A stretch of 64,000 nt of DNA from the human T2T-CHM13v2.0 reference genome, Homo sapiens. The position numbers were made by a program, and so were the translations under genes. The DNA is taken from NCBI RefSeq assembly GCF_009914755.1, contig NC_060941.1; one strand, given 5' to 3'. Under the pieces are notes generated by a model, which saw only the letters and a list, made by a program, of their open reading frames with translations, made no database searches and was not told the DNA's origin. Of this stretch, positions 1 through 13,660 are shown one piece after another; the first letter of the stretch is position 1; the number at the start of each line of letters is the position of its first letter.

Positions 1-85
1 TTATTCAAAGCTTCTGGCATTTTTGGTATTCATCTCACATTTTACAAAGCGATTACAACAGCTCTAAAGTTTCTTATATTAATGA

Positions 86-419
<334 letters not shown>

Positions 420-1569
420 TCCTGTTTTTTTCTTAACTGAACCCCAATTATGGTTCCTCTCTTGGGACTTGAGTAACCTTTGTGAAGGATCTTTTTTGGG
501 ATATCCTGTCAAAATAGGATACTGAGTTTTATTATGAAGTTATCTATATACCAGAAAGCCAACTCTCTTGAGAAGAGGTCTTATTTTGTACAATGGGTAA
601 TCTTCTAAAATTCCCAAGACATTTGGACATAAAATGTTCATATTTCATTTATTTAGGCAAAAATTGGCTTTAATAGGGGACAATGTGTTAATTTTCTTAT
701 TTGGACTGTGACATGTTTTCTAGAATTACACTGAAAGCTGAGGTGTGGTCCAGAGGCTGGAGGCTCTTTCTCTAATTTAAATTGCCCTGAGAATTGTTTA
801 TGAAAGCTTCTAGAAGTGGAAAAACCAACAGCAACAAAGGGACAGGCAGAATAAGAGCCACATTTTATTTTTCTAAGTCAGTTATATATATTTCCACAGG
901 GTTTAGTACTAGAAAAATCTGAGGAAACTATGTGTAATACAGTCACTAAGAGCCAAGTGACTTTTATTTACCTAAAAAAAGGTCTCCTTGAGAATGTAGT
1001 TTCCAATATAGTTCCTATTCTTGCAGTCCAACTTTTTTTTTAGCATTCTAAAATTAACCAGACAAACCTGATCACTTGATTCCTGGGAGAATGTTTATTA
1101 TCTTCTCAGTGCTTACAGCATAAATGAAGTTATAGTGATTGAAATCAAGCTGCAGGTTTAAAATTCTTCCAAAAATCAGGTAAATCCCTTGTGAAACCAC
1201 AGTCAGCATGCGAAGGTGGATGTGCTGTAGCCCCCAATTTTCTTCTTTCCATCCTTCCCTACATCATTGTTAAGTATTTAATCAACACCTGCTCAAATGT
1301 ACCACTCATGGAAACTTCCCCTGGCTCCCCAGGCCCGAAGAATTTTCCTCATCCTGCTCTATCTCTTGATCCTGCTTGATTGCTCATGCTAATATTTATT
1401 CATAACTGAATTGGTTTTTTTACTCTTTTCTTTATTTTCTGCCTGCTGTACTAGATAGTACCTCTGTGGGGCAAGGAAAATTGCTGTTTTCGATGTCTAC
1501 AATTGTGCCTGGATATCCTAGCAGCTCAATGACTAGTTACTGGCAACTACTAGCTACAGCATACTAGTA

Positions 1570-1898
1570 CAGGTTGAACATCCCTAACCCAAATAATCCA
1601 AAATGCTCTAAAATCCAAATCTTTGAGTGTTCACGTAGAACCATATGGGTGGCTGAGGTTGCCTTCCGATGGTCTGATGTACACAAACTTGGCTTCATAC
1701 ACAAAATATAATTTAAAATATTTTATAAAATTACTTTCAAGCTAGGTGGATAAGGTGTATATGAAACACAGAGGAATTTTATGTTTAGACTTGAGTTCCA
1801 TCCCTAAGATACCTTATTATGTATATGGAAGTACTTCAAAATCCAAAATTGGAGATGCCTCTTCTCCCAAACATTTGAGATAAGGGATACTTAACCTG
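1570..1898. mobile_element. Tigger4/MER46-type TcMar DNA transposon MITE
   Basis: TIRs CAGGTTGAACATCCCT / AGGGATACTTAACCTG, flanked by TA at both ends. Confidence 0.85.
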
Positions 1899-1902
1899 TA
1901 GG

Positions 1903-1904
1903 GT

Positions 1905-1949
<45 letters not shown>

Positions 1950-1956
1950 CGTGCGT
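1903..1956. repeat. (GT)n-(GC)n alternating purine-pyrimidine microsatellite
   Basis: ~17 GT units followed by (GC)5. Confidence 0.95.
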
Positions 1957-2234
1957 CAGAGAGAGAAAGGGAATATTATAATTTCAGTTAAAATCATCCA
2001 ATGTTTGATTTGAAGAACAGATTTTAAGGGGGCTGGAGAAGATGTGGAAAAGCAGCTGAGAACTTATGACAGTCCAGATGGGAAAGGATGCAAGCGGTGG
2101 CAACAAAGAGACATAGCAGATGATTTGAGAGAGTTAAGATGTAAAATCAACAAGACTTGACGATGGTGTGGCCGTGGAGAAGCAGAGAGAGGAAGGTGTC
2201 AGGTGCATGTCTTTGAACTGATGTAGAAAAATGA

Positions 2235-2885
<651 letters not shown>

Positions 2886-2968
2886 CAGAAAGAGAAACTT
2901 TGAATAATGGAGGACTAATGTATAGGCTTTTCACAGAGCAGAACCTATCCCTTCTCTCCAATTCCCTC

Positions 2969-3230
2969 TTCTATATAACACTGGTCCTGACCTGAACTAT
3001 TACAATATAGACTGTTAATACATCATACTGCCCATTTGTGTTTGAATCCGTACTCCCTTCAAATGAATATCCCTAAAATAGAACTTGGTACATTTCACTG
3101 TTCTATAGAACACTGGGCCTGATCTGAACTGTTACAATATAGACTGTTAATACATCATACTGCCCGTTTGTGTTTGAATCCATACTCCTTTCAAATGCAT
3201 ATCCCTAAAATAGAACTTGGTACATTTCAC
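2969..3230 (+). repeat. Tandem duplication, 132-bp period, 2 copies
   Basis: 2969-3100 vs 3101-3230, 8 substitutions by manual alignment. Confidence 0.95.
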
Positions 3231-3579
3231 ACCCCTGACAAAAATGTCAATGGCTCCCTGTGCTGGCAGGATAAATAACAGTCTTAAAACTGTTTCTTAA
3301 TTCCGTTACTCTGAATTTTGTGCTTCTGACATCCCCTCCTTGGGGAATGCCTTCCTCTTGGATTTGTAAATGGAAATGATGCTGAATCTAACCTCTTTTC
3401 CCATGCCTGACCAATGCAGGCTTTAGTGAGTTTCTCTCCTCTGAAACTGTAGACTGTTTACTGCATAGACCATTCATTTGGCACTAAGCATTTAGTTCAA
3501 TTGGATGAACATTTACTGGCCACCCACCACAAATGTAGAGACTTGCACTAAGTAACATGAAGGTAGTAATCCTTACATA

Positions 3580-4873
3580 CAAGGGTACTTTGAAAAGTTT
3601 GTGGAAAATAAAATTAAAAGATAAAAAAATACAAACTTTATTTCTCAATATAAGCTTCATCATGTTCAAGACACTTTTTAAAGTGCTGATACCAGCTATT
3701 TAGTCCATCCCTAAGGAGCTGAGGATCCTGGATATTTAAGCATGTCCATGCAGCCTTTTTTACATTATTAACTGAAGAAAAACAGGTGCCTTTTAAAGAT
3801 TTTTTTTTAATTGGGAAACAAAAAGAAGTCAGAAGGAGCCAAATCAGGACTGTAAAGTGGATGCCTAATGATTTCCCATCGAAATGCCTGCAAAATTGTC
3901 CTTGATTGATGAGACAAGTGAGCAGGAGCATTGTCGTGGTGGAGAAGGATTCTCCTGGGGAAGCTTACCTGGGTGTTTCTCTGCTAAAGATCTGGCTAAC
4001 TTTCTCAAAACACTCTTATAATAAGCAAGTGTTATTTTTCTTTGGCTCTCTAGAAATCAGCAAGCAAAATGCCTTGAGCATCCCACAAAACCCTTGGCCA
4101 CGATCCTTGCTCTTGACCCGTCCGTCCGCTTCTGCTTTGACTGGACCACTTCTACCTCTTGGTAGCCACTGCTTTGATTGCTTATTGTATTCAGGATAGT
4201 ATTAGGAAGGCCATATTTGATTTCCTGTTACATGCTTTAAAGAAATGCTTCAGCATCTTGATCCCACTAATTTGGAATTTCTATATAAAGCTCTGCTCTT
4301 GTCTACAGTTGACCTAGGCACAATGGTTTTGATAGCTATTGAGTGAAAAGTTTGGTAAACTTTTTCAGTCAGAATTATATAAGCTGAACCAATTGAGATG
4401 TCTATGGTGTTGGCTCTTATTTCTGCTGTTAATCATCAGTCCTCTTCAATTAGGGCATGAACTAGATTAATTTTTGTTCTCACAAATTGATGTGAATGGT
4501 TTGCTGCTGCTTTCTTCATCTTCATAATTGTCTTGTCTCTTCTTATAGCAAGCTCTTCTACGTAAACTGCTGTTTTCTTTGGGGCATTGTCCCCGTAAAC
4601 TTTTCATAAAGAATCAACTATTTTTCATTATTCTTCTACAAAAGCTTTACCATAAATTTGATTTTGTTCTTGCCTCAATTTTAGCAGAATTCATGTTGTT
4701 CTGATAAGGACTTTTCAAATTGATGTCATATTCATCTTAGTGCCTCACAGTGGATCTTATTCAGACATGTTATAACAAGTTAGTATGAGTTTATCGTGGT
4801 GCAAAAAAATTTTGAAATCCATGCAAAGTTTTTTCATAATATGCATTTTCATGAACTTCTAAAAGACCCCTCA
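3580..4873 (-). mobile_element. Full-length HSMAR2 mariner transposon (dead transposase)
   Basis: ~1.3 kb with ~30-bp TIRs. Minus-strand start MNSAKIEART at 4694, motifs HHDNAPA and YSPDLAPSD, C-terminus LKGTCFSSVNNVKK...KCLEHDEAYIEK. Frameshifted. Confidence 0.93.
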
Positions 4874-4929
4874 CAGCATTTTATAATTTACAATTAAAGT
4901 AAGTTTCCTTTATTAATAGTTTTTATTTC

Positions 4930-6900
4930 TATTTTTATTAGTTATCGTGTGAATTTGTGATTGCCTTATGACTGTTGAGAAAAAAAGTGCGGTGCATTTA
5001 ATTATTGTATTTCTTCGTATTAAATCATTTATGTCCTTTAGCTAAATCTTGTTAAGAGCATTCTTTTAATTTTCTGATGAATTCTTTTTCTGAGTATTTG
5101 ATTGAGGATTTTTTAAACTTCATACATTAGAATGGCCTATAATTTCTCTTTTCTGCTACAATAATTAGTTTTTTTTAAATTTAAATAATGGATCAGGACC
5201 CTGAAATGTTTATATAGTCTTAAATATTTTTGGTCTTTAGTACATTGGCTCTCTTCTTGACACATTTTTAGCCCTGAATCTTGTTAGATGGTAAATTCTT
5301 TGAACATCTTTTCAACATCTTTTCAGTTCCTTCTAATCTATTCAGGTTTACAGGGCTTTGGGGAGAAACATTCTAGTGATTTCACAGTTTTCAAATCATG
5401 ATGAATTTCATCAGTTAGAAATCGTATGGATTGATTGGAATGTGATATTTACTTACCCTCTGCATTTGTTACTATGTTCCATGTCTTGATTTTAATTTTA
5501 CTTTCTTTAGTTTTGCTTTTTTCCCTGATTGCATTTGCTAGAAGTTTGCCTATTTTATTGTTTCTTCTTACCCCCAAATCAAACTTGTTGATTTATTTAT
5601 TACTTTTCTTCTAGTTCTATTTTCAAATAAATTAGCTCTAATTCTTACCTGCACTAATAAAAGCATTTAGGGCTATTAATTTTCCTTTCAGGATAGCTTC
5701 TACAGCTATACATATTTTGGTATGATATATTCTTTTTTTTTTTTTATCCAGCTAGCTTGTGTTTTCAATTTTGATTTCCTATTTCTTTGTTCCAAGAGTT
5801 ATTTAGAAGTATGTTTCCTAATTTCCAACTATTAAAGGTTTTTTCCACTCATATTCTTTATTTCTAACTAAGTTTATTGGATTATATTCAGGTAATATAG
5901 CCTAAAAACACTCTGCCTCTTTGAATTTGTAAGCTTTATTTGTGGCCAATTATGTAATTGATTTCAGTAGAGGGTCTATGGACATGAGGGAAAACATATA
6001 TGTCTTTATATATTCCTTAGTTCTTTTGTGCCCAAATAACTTTAGTTTTTATTTTTTATTTTTTTTTTTGGTATACCAGAACCATCTGATTCAGAAGGAA
6101 AAATCATTGGAACTGTTTCATGATAGTTGTTTTTTAAGCCAAAAATTATTTGAACCTCTAATAATATTGTATACTTAGGTGCTATATTTTTATAGGACAT
6201 GCAGCTTTATGATTATTGTTTCTTCTTCATAAATTGTCTTTTATTATTACACAATGTTCCTCTGTATTTTGTTTAGTGCTTTTAACCTTAAGTTCCACCC
6301 TGTGTGATATTAATATTGTCACTCCTGCTTTCTTTTTGTTTGCATTTGCTTGACATCTCTCTGTTTATCCTTTTATTTTCAAAATTTCTTTTCCATTTTT
6401 AAGAATTCTCCTTATAAACAGCATATATCTGGGTTTTGTTTTTTAACTCAATATGACAGTCTTAGTTATTTAATGGGATAATTCATTCTATCCACATTTA
6501 CTTTAACATATGATACTTAATTTTATTAGGCCCATCTTTATGTTTAATATTTATTTACTTTGTGATTCTCCTTTATTTAGTTTTATTTTGTAGCTGATTT
6601 TGTCATTCATTCTATTTTTTTCTTATCTTTTGAAAATACGACTGTATTTTTTTCATTCTGCTAGTGGCATTTCATGTTTGACTCTCCTAATCATGTATAT
6701 TTTCCACTATTCTACAGAAGTACAAAACTCCCACCTTTCCCCATTAAGATGCTTTCTTACTGACCTACTTCCCCAATGCTAATTAGAATATTTTTATTTT
6801 CTCCCTCCACCCTGTCCTCTAACTCCTATGTTTTAAGACATAGTTTAGAACTTTAAATTTCAGGTCAATATTAGATTTTCTCTTATTGTTTGTCTGTTTT
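4930..6900 (-). mobile_element. Ancient L1 (L1M/L1ME-type) fragments
   Basis: T-rich L1 antisense motifs, e.g. GATATTAATATTGTCACTCCTGCTTTCTTT; boundaries approximate. Confidence 0.65.
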
Positions 6901-6949
6901 TCCCCAAGAATCTTTATTTAGTGCTTTCTAATATTATGGCAGGTTATGT

Positions 6950-7950
6950 TATTAGGACCAATTCTCCTGCTAAAACCTAAAATTTATGGAGAACATATTC
7001 ATTAAAAATTATGCTTAACAGCATCAAAGAAATGACCAGGTTGTAAGAGATTAGGAGGCCACAGTCTAAAGGATCTGAGAGAAGTAAGCAGAGCCTTGAA
7101 GCAACGTTATCCTTGAGGGCATTTGGCAAATAGGTAAACATTCTTTGTAACTGAAGGGTATTCAAACTAGAAACAACAAACAAACTCAAAAGACTGCTCA
7201 AAGTGCACATCTAAGAGAAGATGCTTCTATCATAAAACGGGGATCCCTAAGAGTCAAACCCTTAAGGGAAAGTGAATTAGGTGTAAATTTTCCATTCTAG
7301 TTCCAGGGGACTGCAGGGAAATGTTTGTTTGTTTGGCATTGAACAGAACAGGTGAAAACTATCCCTAGGAAGTTGTAATCACAATCTTTCCCTTGTGTGG
7401 ATTTCCCAAACACATCCAGAACACCTGGTTGTCAGTTACAACTTGATTTGCTAATTCATTTAAAAATGGTCCAGAATTAGTTAGTAGTGCCCCCAACACC
7501 TGGCTGAGGCAAAAGCAAATTATCTTTTCCTCCGTTTCAAAGAAGTTTCACAAAAAATTTTCCAAGGAAAATGAGTATTTACAACAAAACTAACTGAGCA
7601 CACCAGGAAATATGGTACCATGACCAAGAAGCAGCAGAAACGACTGATGGTGTAGACTCAAAAGTGTTTAGATATTGGAATTACCAAAAAGAGATAATAA
7701 AACAACTGTTCTCTACTATATATATATTTTTTAAAATACATGATTAGAAGTATCTTCTTCTGGAAATAAGCAACTCTTAAAAAACTGATCTGGCAGTTTC
7801 AAAGACGAACCAAGTAGAACTTCTGGAAACATAAAAGGTAAAGTAATTGAAATAAATTAAATCAATGAATTAAATAGCAGATTAGACATGACAGAAGAGT
7901 TTGCAAACTGTTATAAATCAGATCTTAGAAAAATGTAACACAGTGGTAGT
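6950..7950 (+). mobile_element. Ancient L1 5'UTR/ORF1-like fragment
   Basis: A-rich; AATGAATTAAATAGCAGATTAGACA resembles the ORF1 coiled-coil region. Confidence 0.5.
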
Positions 7951-7990
7951 AACAAAATCAAAATCAACTGTCACCTGAATAAAAATTGTA

Positions 7991-8138
7991 TAAAAAGAAA
8001 GGAAAGGAGAGAGAGAAAGAGAGAAAAAAAGAGAGAGAGAGACAGATGGGGTGAAGGGGGAGGAGGGAGGGGGGAGGGGGAGGGGGGAGGGGGGAGGGGT
8101 TGGGGGAAGAAACGGGGAAAAAAGAAAAGAGAAGAAAA
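7991..8138 (+). repeat. Purine-rich low-complexity tract with G-run cluster
   Basis: GA-rich tract with about nine G3+ runs at 8048-8106. Confidence 0.9.
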
Positions 8139-8174
8139 TTCAAATTTTTCCCTAGAGAAATACCAGGAAAGTAA

Positions 8175-8550
8175 TTTTGGATAGCGTAAGCTACTGTGAA
8201 TAAACAGAAGCCCCAAATTTAGTGACTTCAGCATGACGAAAGTTTTCATTTGCTCATATAACCACTCAAGTTAGGTATCCCTGGTCAGCAGACAGCTCTC
8301 TTCCATGTAGCAAGTCAGGCCTCTTCTCTCTTATGACTTTGTATCTCCATCACTGTCTGCGTTTAGCTGCTGAAAAGGAAAAGATGGTATGCGGAGGAAT
8401 ACTTGTTTTGTTTCTTGAAAGTTTTGGCCCAGAGTGACACTTATCCCTTTGTTTATTAATGAAAACCAGTTATGGTCAGAAAGGCTGCAATGGAGGCTGG
8501 GAAATGTAGTCCCTAGCTGGCCGTCAGTTCTGAGCTTGATCTGTGTACCC
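8175..8550 (-). mobile_element. Old MLT1 (MaLR) LTR fragment
   Basis: GGCTGGGAAATGTAGTC motif and MLT1-like terminus. Confidence 0.5.
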
Positions 8551-8726
8551 ATGAAGGGGAGTGCAGGTTTGCTTGACAGCCATCTTTGCCACCTTTGTTT
8601 CACCAGGAGATATAAAGACAGAGTCTCAGAAAGCCCCCCTTAGGCATAGTAGAGGATAATATTGAAAGCGGTATGACAAATGTTGTAATTGTTTTTTAAT
8701 AAAATGTTTAATTAGAGTGCACCAGA

Positions 8727-9168
8727 TGTTGCAGAACTTTCTCCTTAGTTCAGCTAAAACCAGGCTCTTGTCACATGGCCAGGAAAGATGAGGCTCGCAG
8801 ACACATAGAAGGGTGAGGAAAATGAAATTTATTGGGCAAAAAGGAAAAAAAAAACAAAACTCTCAGTAAAGCGAGATAGAGTCCTGCTAGCAGGTTTCCT
8901 GCCTCACAGATTGAATCCCAGGTCACCACACAGGAACAGGCCAGGCCAGGCCAGGCCAGGCCAGGCCCATTCCCATCTCAAATGGCATGAACTTTCCGAG
9001 GCTCCACCCCATCCTCCCAGTGTGCAGGTAAGCATTATTCACAAAGAATCAGTCCGGAAAGGGCAGGCTTCATCCAGGACCAGAAGTCCAGTTTTTCAGT
9101 CGTCAGGCTGTTTTAGGCTTGAAGGCAGAGTTTCGCCGGGGACCCTTGGCTGCTTCCTGTCTCTATCA
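8727..9168 (-). mobile_element. ERV1 solo LTR (MER61-like)
   Basis: TG...CA termini; near-TSD CAGA/CACA; internal (CCAGG)n at 8936-8968. Confidence 0.75.
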
Positions 9169-9213
9169 CACACATTCAGAAAAGTATACCAGTCCTCAGT
9201 GTACACAGCTTAA

Positions 9214-9726
<513 letters not shown>

Positions 9727-9823
9727 TTAATGAATGATCACAAAGTGAAGGAAATACCCATGTAAATACCAAACAGACCAATAAATAGAATATTGCCAGC
9801 ACCTGAGAGGCCCCCACCTGTGA

Positions 9824-10217
<394 letters not shown>

Positions 10218-10344
10218 TGTTTGTGAACTTTATGTAAATGTTATACTGTATGGTTTCGTTCCTGTCTGGCTCCTTTTGCTAAAAGTTTTCTTGGTAAAAT
10301 TCCTTTGTAGGAGAACAGAGAATGGAGAAGATCAATGTTGAAGC

Positions 10345-10481
10345 TAAAGCACTTGGTCCATCAATTCAAATGTTAATGTCCTCTGGAAACACCCTCAGAG
10401 ACAGACCCAGAAATAATGTTTAATCAGATATATGGACATCCCATGGCCCAGCCAAATTGATGCATAAAATTAACCATCTCA
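10345..10481 (-). mobile_element. MLT2 LTR 5' fragment
   Basis: CAGAAATAATGTTTAATCAG...CATAAAATTAACCAT. Confidence 0.7.
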
Positions 10482-11800
10482 GCAAGGGTGTATTGCTTAC
10501 TATCTTTGAATTCAGAGTGCTCTGGGAAGCCATTAGTATACTTTAGGGGGAATAAATGGTGTTAGTTAATCTAGAACACTGGCTGGGTGGACTTTGGTTA
10601 AGGGAATTCTTACTCACCATGAATCCATCTGCCAAATGTTTATTGAGTGCCTACTGTGAATCACCTGGTAGAGGCTCACATTTGTCACAGACTGGTAAGA
10701 AGGTAGCTTACTATTCCAATCTGCACTTTGATTTATGCCTTTGCACATTCTCTTCTGCCTACTTGGTGTCTTTTCTATGCATTTTTCATCACCTGGGAGA
10801 TTTCTGCTCATCCTTCAACATATGCCTTAAAAATCACCTTCTCAGGGAAGCCTTCCCTGCCCTCTAAGCTTGACTTAAAAAGGTTTGCTGTTTTGCCTTT
10901 TGCATTCTTCCATAATAGCACCTATCGCTCTGTATTGTAAGAAATCGTTTCTAAGTCTCTTTAAGCTGTGGCCACAGTCCTTAGTACATAGAAAGTGCTC
11001 AATACATGTTTGTTAAATGCACTTGATTTTTATATATTAGTCCTATATCCAGCAACTCTGCTGAATCCAGTTTCTAATTTGGGTAGTGAAGCTGTTGATT
11101 TTTTGAGACTTTCTAAGTATAAAGTCATAAGTAGCCTTTTTCTTCCTTTCTAATATGTATATCTTTTTTGTCCCTTTCCTTATTAAGTAGGATGGTCACC
11201 AGCAAAATGTTGACAGATGTGCCTGTTCATGTTTTGGATTCTAGATGAATGTTTTCAATATTTTACCATTAAGTGTAATATTTGCTGTAGATTTTGATAC
11301 ATACCCTCTCTTAGATTAAAAAAATTTCCTTCTCTGCTTACTCTGCCAAGTGATTTTTTTAGTATCATGAAGGAATATTGCATTTTATCAAATGTTTTCT
11401 GCATCTATTATGACTACATAATTTTCTGAATTATGCTAATGATGTGATTTAAATGAATTTATTTTTAAACATTAAACCAACCTTGCATTTCTCAAATACA
11501 CTCAACTCGGTTATAATGTATTATTCCTTTTTATATTGCTGTTTACTTATTTTTTCTTATATTTTATCTAAGATACTGTATCAAAGTTCATGAATGATAT
11601 CAGCCTATAATTTTCCTTTGTGATACTGTCCTCATCTGCATGAAGGTTATGCTTGTATTATTTTAAAAGTTACAAAGTTTCAATTATCTGGAAGAATGTA
11701 TAAGATTGGTGTTACGTCTTTTTTTTACATTTTTAAATATTAGATGCTAAAGCTATCTGGGCCTGGATGTTTCTGTGCTGGAAGATTTTTAGTTACAGAC

Positions 11801-13042
11801 TGTAAGCCAAAAACAAAATTCTAAGCCCCGCAGCTGACTGAATGGATCATCCTTTCAGCTAAGGGGGCCCAACTAAACCCAAAAAACTAGTTCAGACCAC
11901 GAGGAGAATGGGATATGGTCAGACATGCCTCATTATACTCGCCTGCCTTTGGAATTCAGGCACATGACCGATCAGCACTAACATTAAAATGGAGATCCTA
12001 AGACAGAACAGGCTCTTTGTAGCAATAAGACACCAAATTCCAACCTAACTCTAGTCAGTCCATCTAGCATAATAGTCCGTCTAGCATAATAGATGCTATC
12101 ACATGACAGCAGGGCCCTAAAAGAAACCAAAGTATTTTTCCCCAAAATATATTTCTTTGAATATTTTGAAACGGTCCTGCAAAGTTGTCTCTTGTGGGGA
12201 AAATTTACACACTATAGAGAACCCCCTTCCCTTTCTAGGTCTTTTTCTGATCCTGAAGAGATTGACTGAGAGTCTCGCACCTTTTAAAGGTCTGAATATA
12301 AAACATTTGCCATCTACTGGCAGCCTCAGAGGGATGGCCACCTCTGAGACTGTATCCACATAATAAGAACCTTGGTCTCCACAACTCCTTATCTTTTTTT
12401 TTTTTTTTTTTTTTTTGAGACGGAGTCTCGCTGTCGCCCAGGCTGGAGTGCAGTGGCGCCATCTCAGCTCACTGCAGGCTCCGCCCCCCGGGGTTCACGC
12501 CATTCTCCTGCCTCAGCCTCCCGAGTAGCTGGGACTACAGGCACCCGCCACCACGCCCGGCTAATTTTTTGTATTTTTAGTAGAGACGGGGTTGCACCAT
12601 GTTAGCCAGGATGGTCTTGATATCCTGACCTCGTGATCCGCCCGCCTCGGCCTCCCAAAGTGCTGGGATTACAGGCGTGAGCCACCGCGCCCGGCCCACA
12701 ACTCCTTATCTTAACTCAAACATTCCTTTCTGTTGATTCCCGGTCTTTAGATAATAACTTAATTCTTTTAGCCAGTTGCCAATCAGAAAATCTTTGAATC
12801 CACCTATGACCTATCACCCCCACTCCTCCACTTTGAGCTGTCTTGCCTTTCCAGCCTGAATCAATATAAGCCTCACATGTATTGATTGATGTCTTAAACA
12901 TTTAAAACCAAGCTGTAACTCAACCACCCCAGGTGCATATGCTCAGAACCTCCTGAGACTGTGTCATGGGTCATGATCCATAACTTGACAAAATAAACTT
13001 CTAAATTGATTGACACCTGTCTCCGACACTTTTTGGTTTACA
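11801..13042 (+). mobile_element. MER4-family ERV1 solo LTR
   Basis: TGTAAGCCAAAAACAAAATTCTAAGCCCC start, TTTGGTTTACA end; TSD AGAC/ATAC. Confidence 0.88.
12394..12696 (-). mobile_element. AluYe-lineage Alu inside MER4
   Basis: Sense strand reads GAACCCCGGGGGGCGGAGCCTGCAG and GGGCGACAGCGAGAC; TSD CACAACTCCTTATCTT. Confidence 0.85.
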
Positions 13043-13660
13043 ATACTCAATTTCTTTGAAAGATACATAATTTTTCAGATTTTTAACATTTTTCTAGCTA
13101 TTTGATAGGTTTTCATTTTACCAGGAATTTTTCCCTTCTATTGAATTTTTATATATAGGCATAAAGTTTTTATAATATCACTTTTTATACTGTGCTTTTG
13201 GATTTTTTATCTTCTTCTGTCTTTATCTTAACTATTTCCAGTCTTCCATTTTCTCTGAGTTGAGGAAATGGAGTTGTCTTTTTTTTCTAGCCTTTTGAGA
13301 TGAATAGATAATTGATTTCAGCCTGTATTTTTTCTAATCTATGTATTTAAGGTTATACATTTCTGTCTTGAGGTATGTAGAGTGGAGCTGGAGGAAGGCG
13401 CGCAGGGGTGCAAGGGTTCTGCACGGTTGACTCTCCCCTTAAATGGTTGTATCTGTCCTTGGTTTATTCATATTTGGTTGGTTGGCTCTTCCCAGCTATG
13501 ACCAAACCAGAAAGGAAACAATGATTACTGGGTCAATAATTTTGTTCGTTGCATCACTGGCTAAGAGACTTGCAGAGTCCTTGAGATCTTATCATTGTAC
13601 AACTTCCTTACTACTTTCTACCTAAATTGCTCCTTACTGGGATAGTGGTGGTAGTGGGAT

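Noticed and set aside
3638-3931. Transposase-like ORF as a functional or domesticated gene
   Set aside because: Only the C-terminal half is in the transposase frame; the element has multiple frameshifts.
12057-12092. 17-bp tandem duplication inside MER4
   Set aside because: Ordinary micro-duplication with no further structure.
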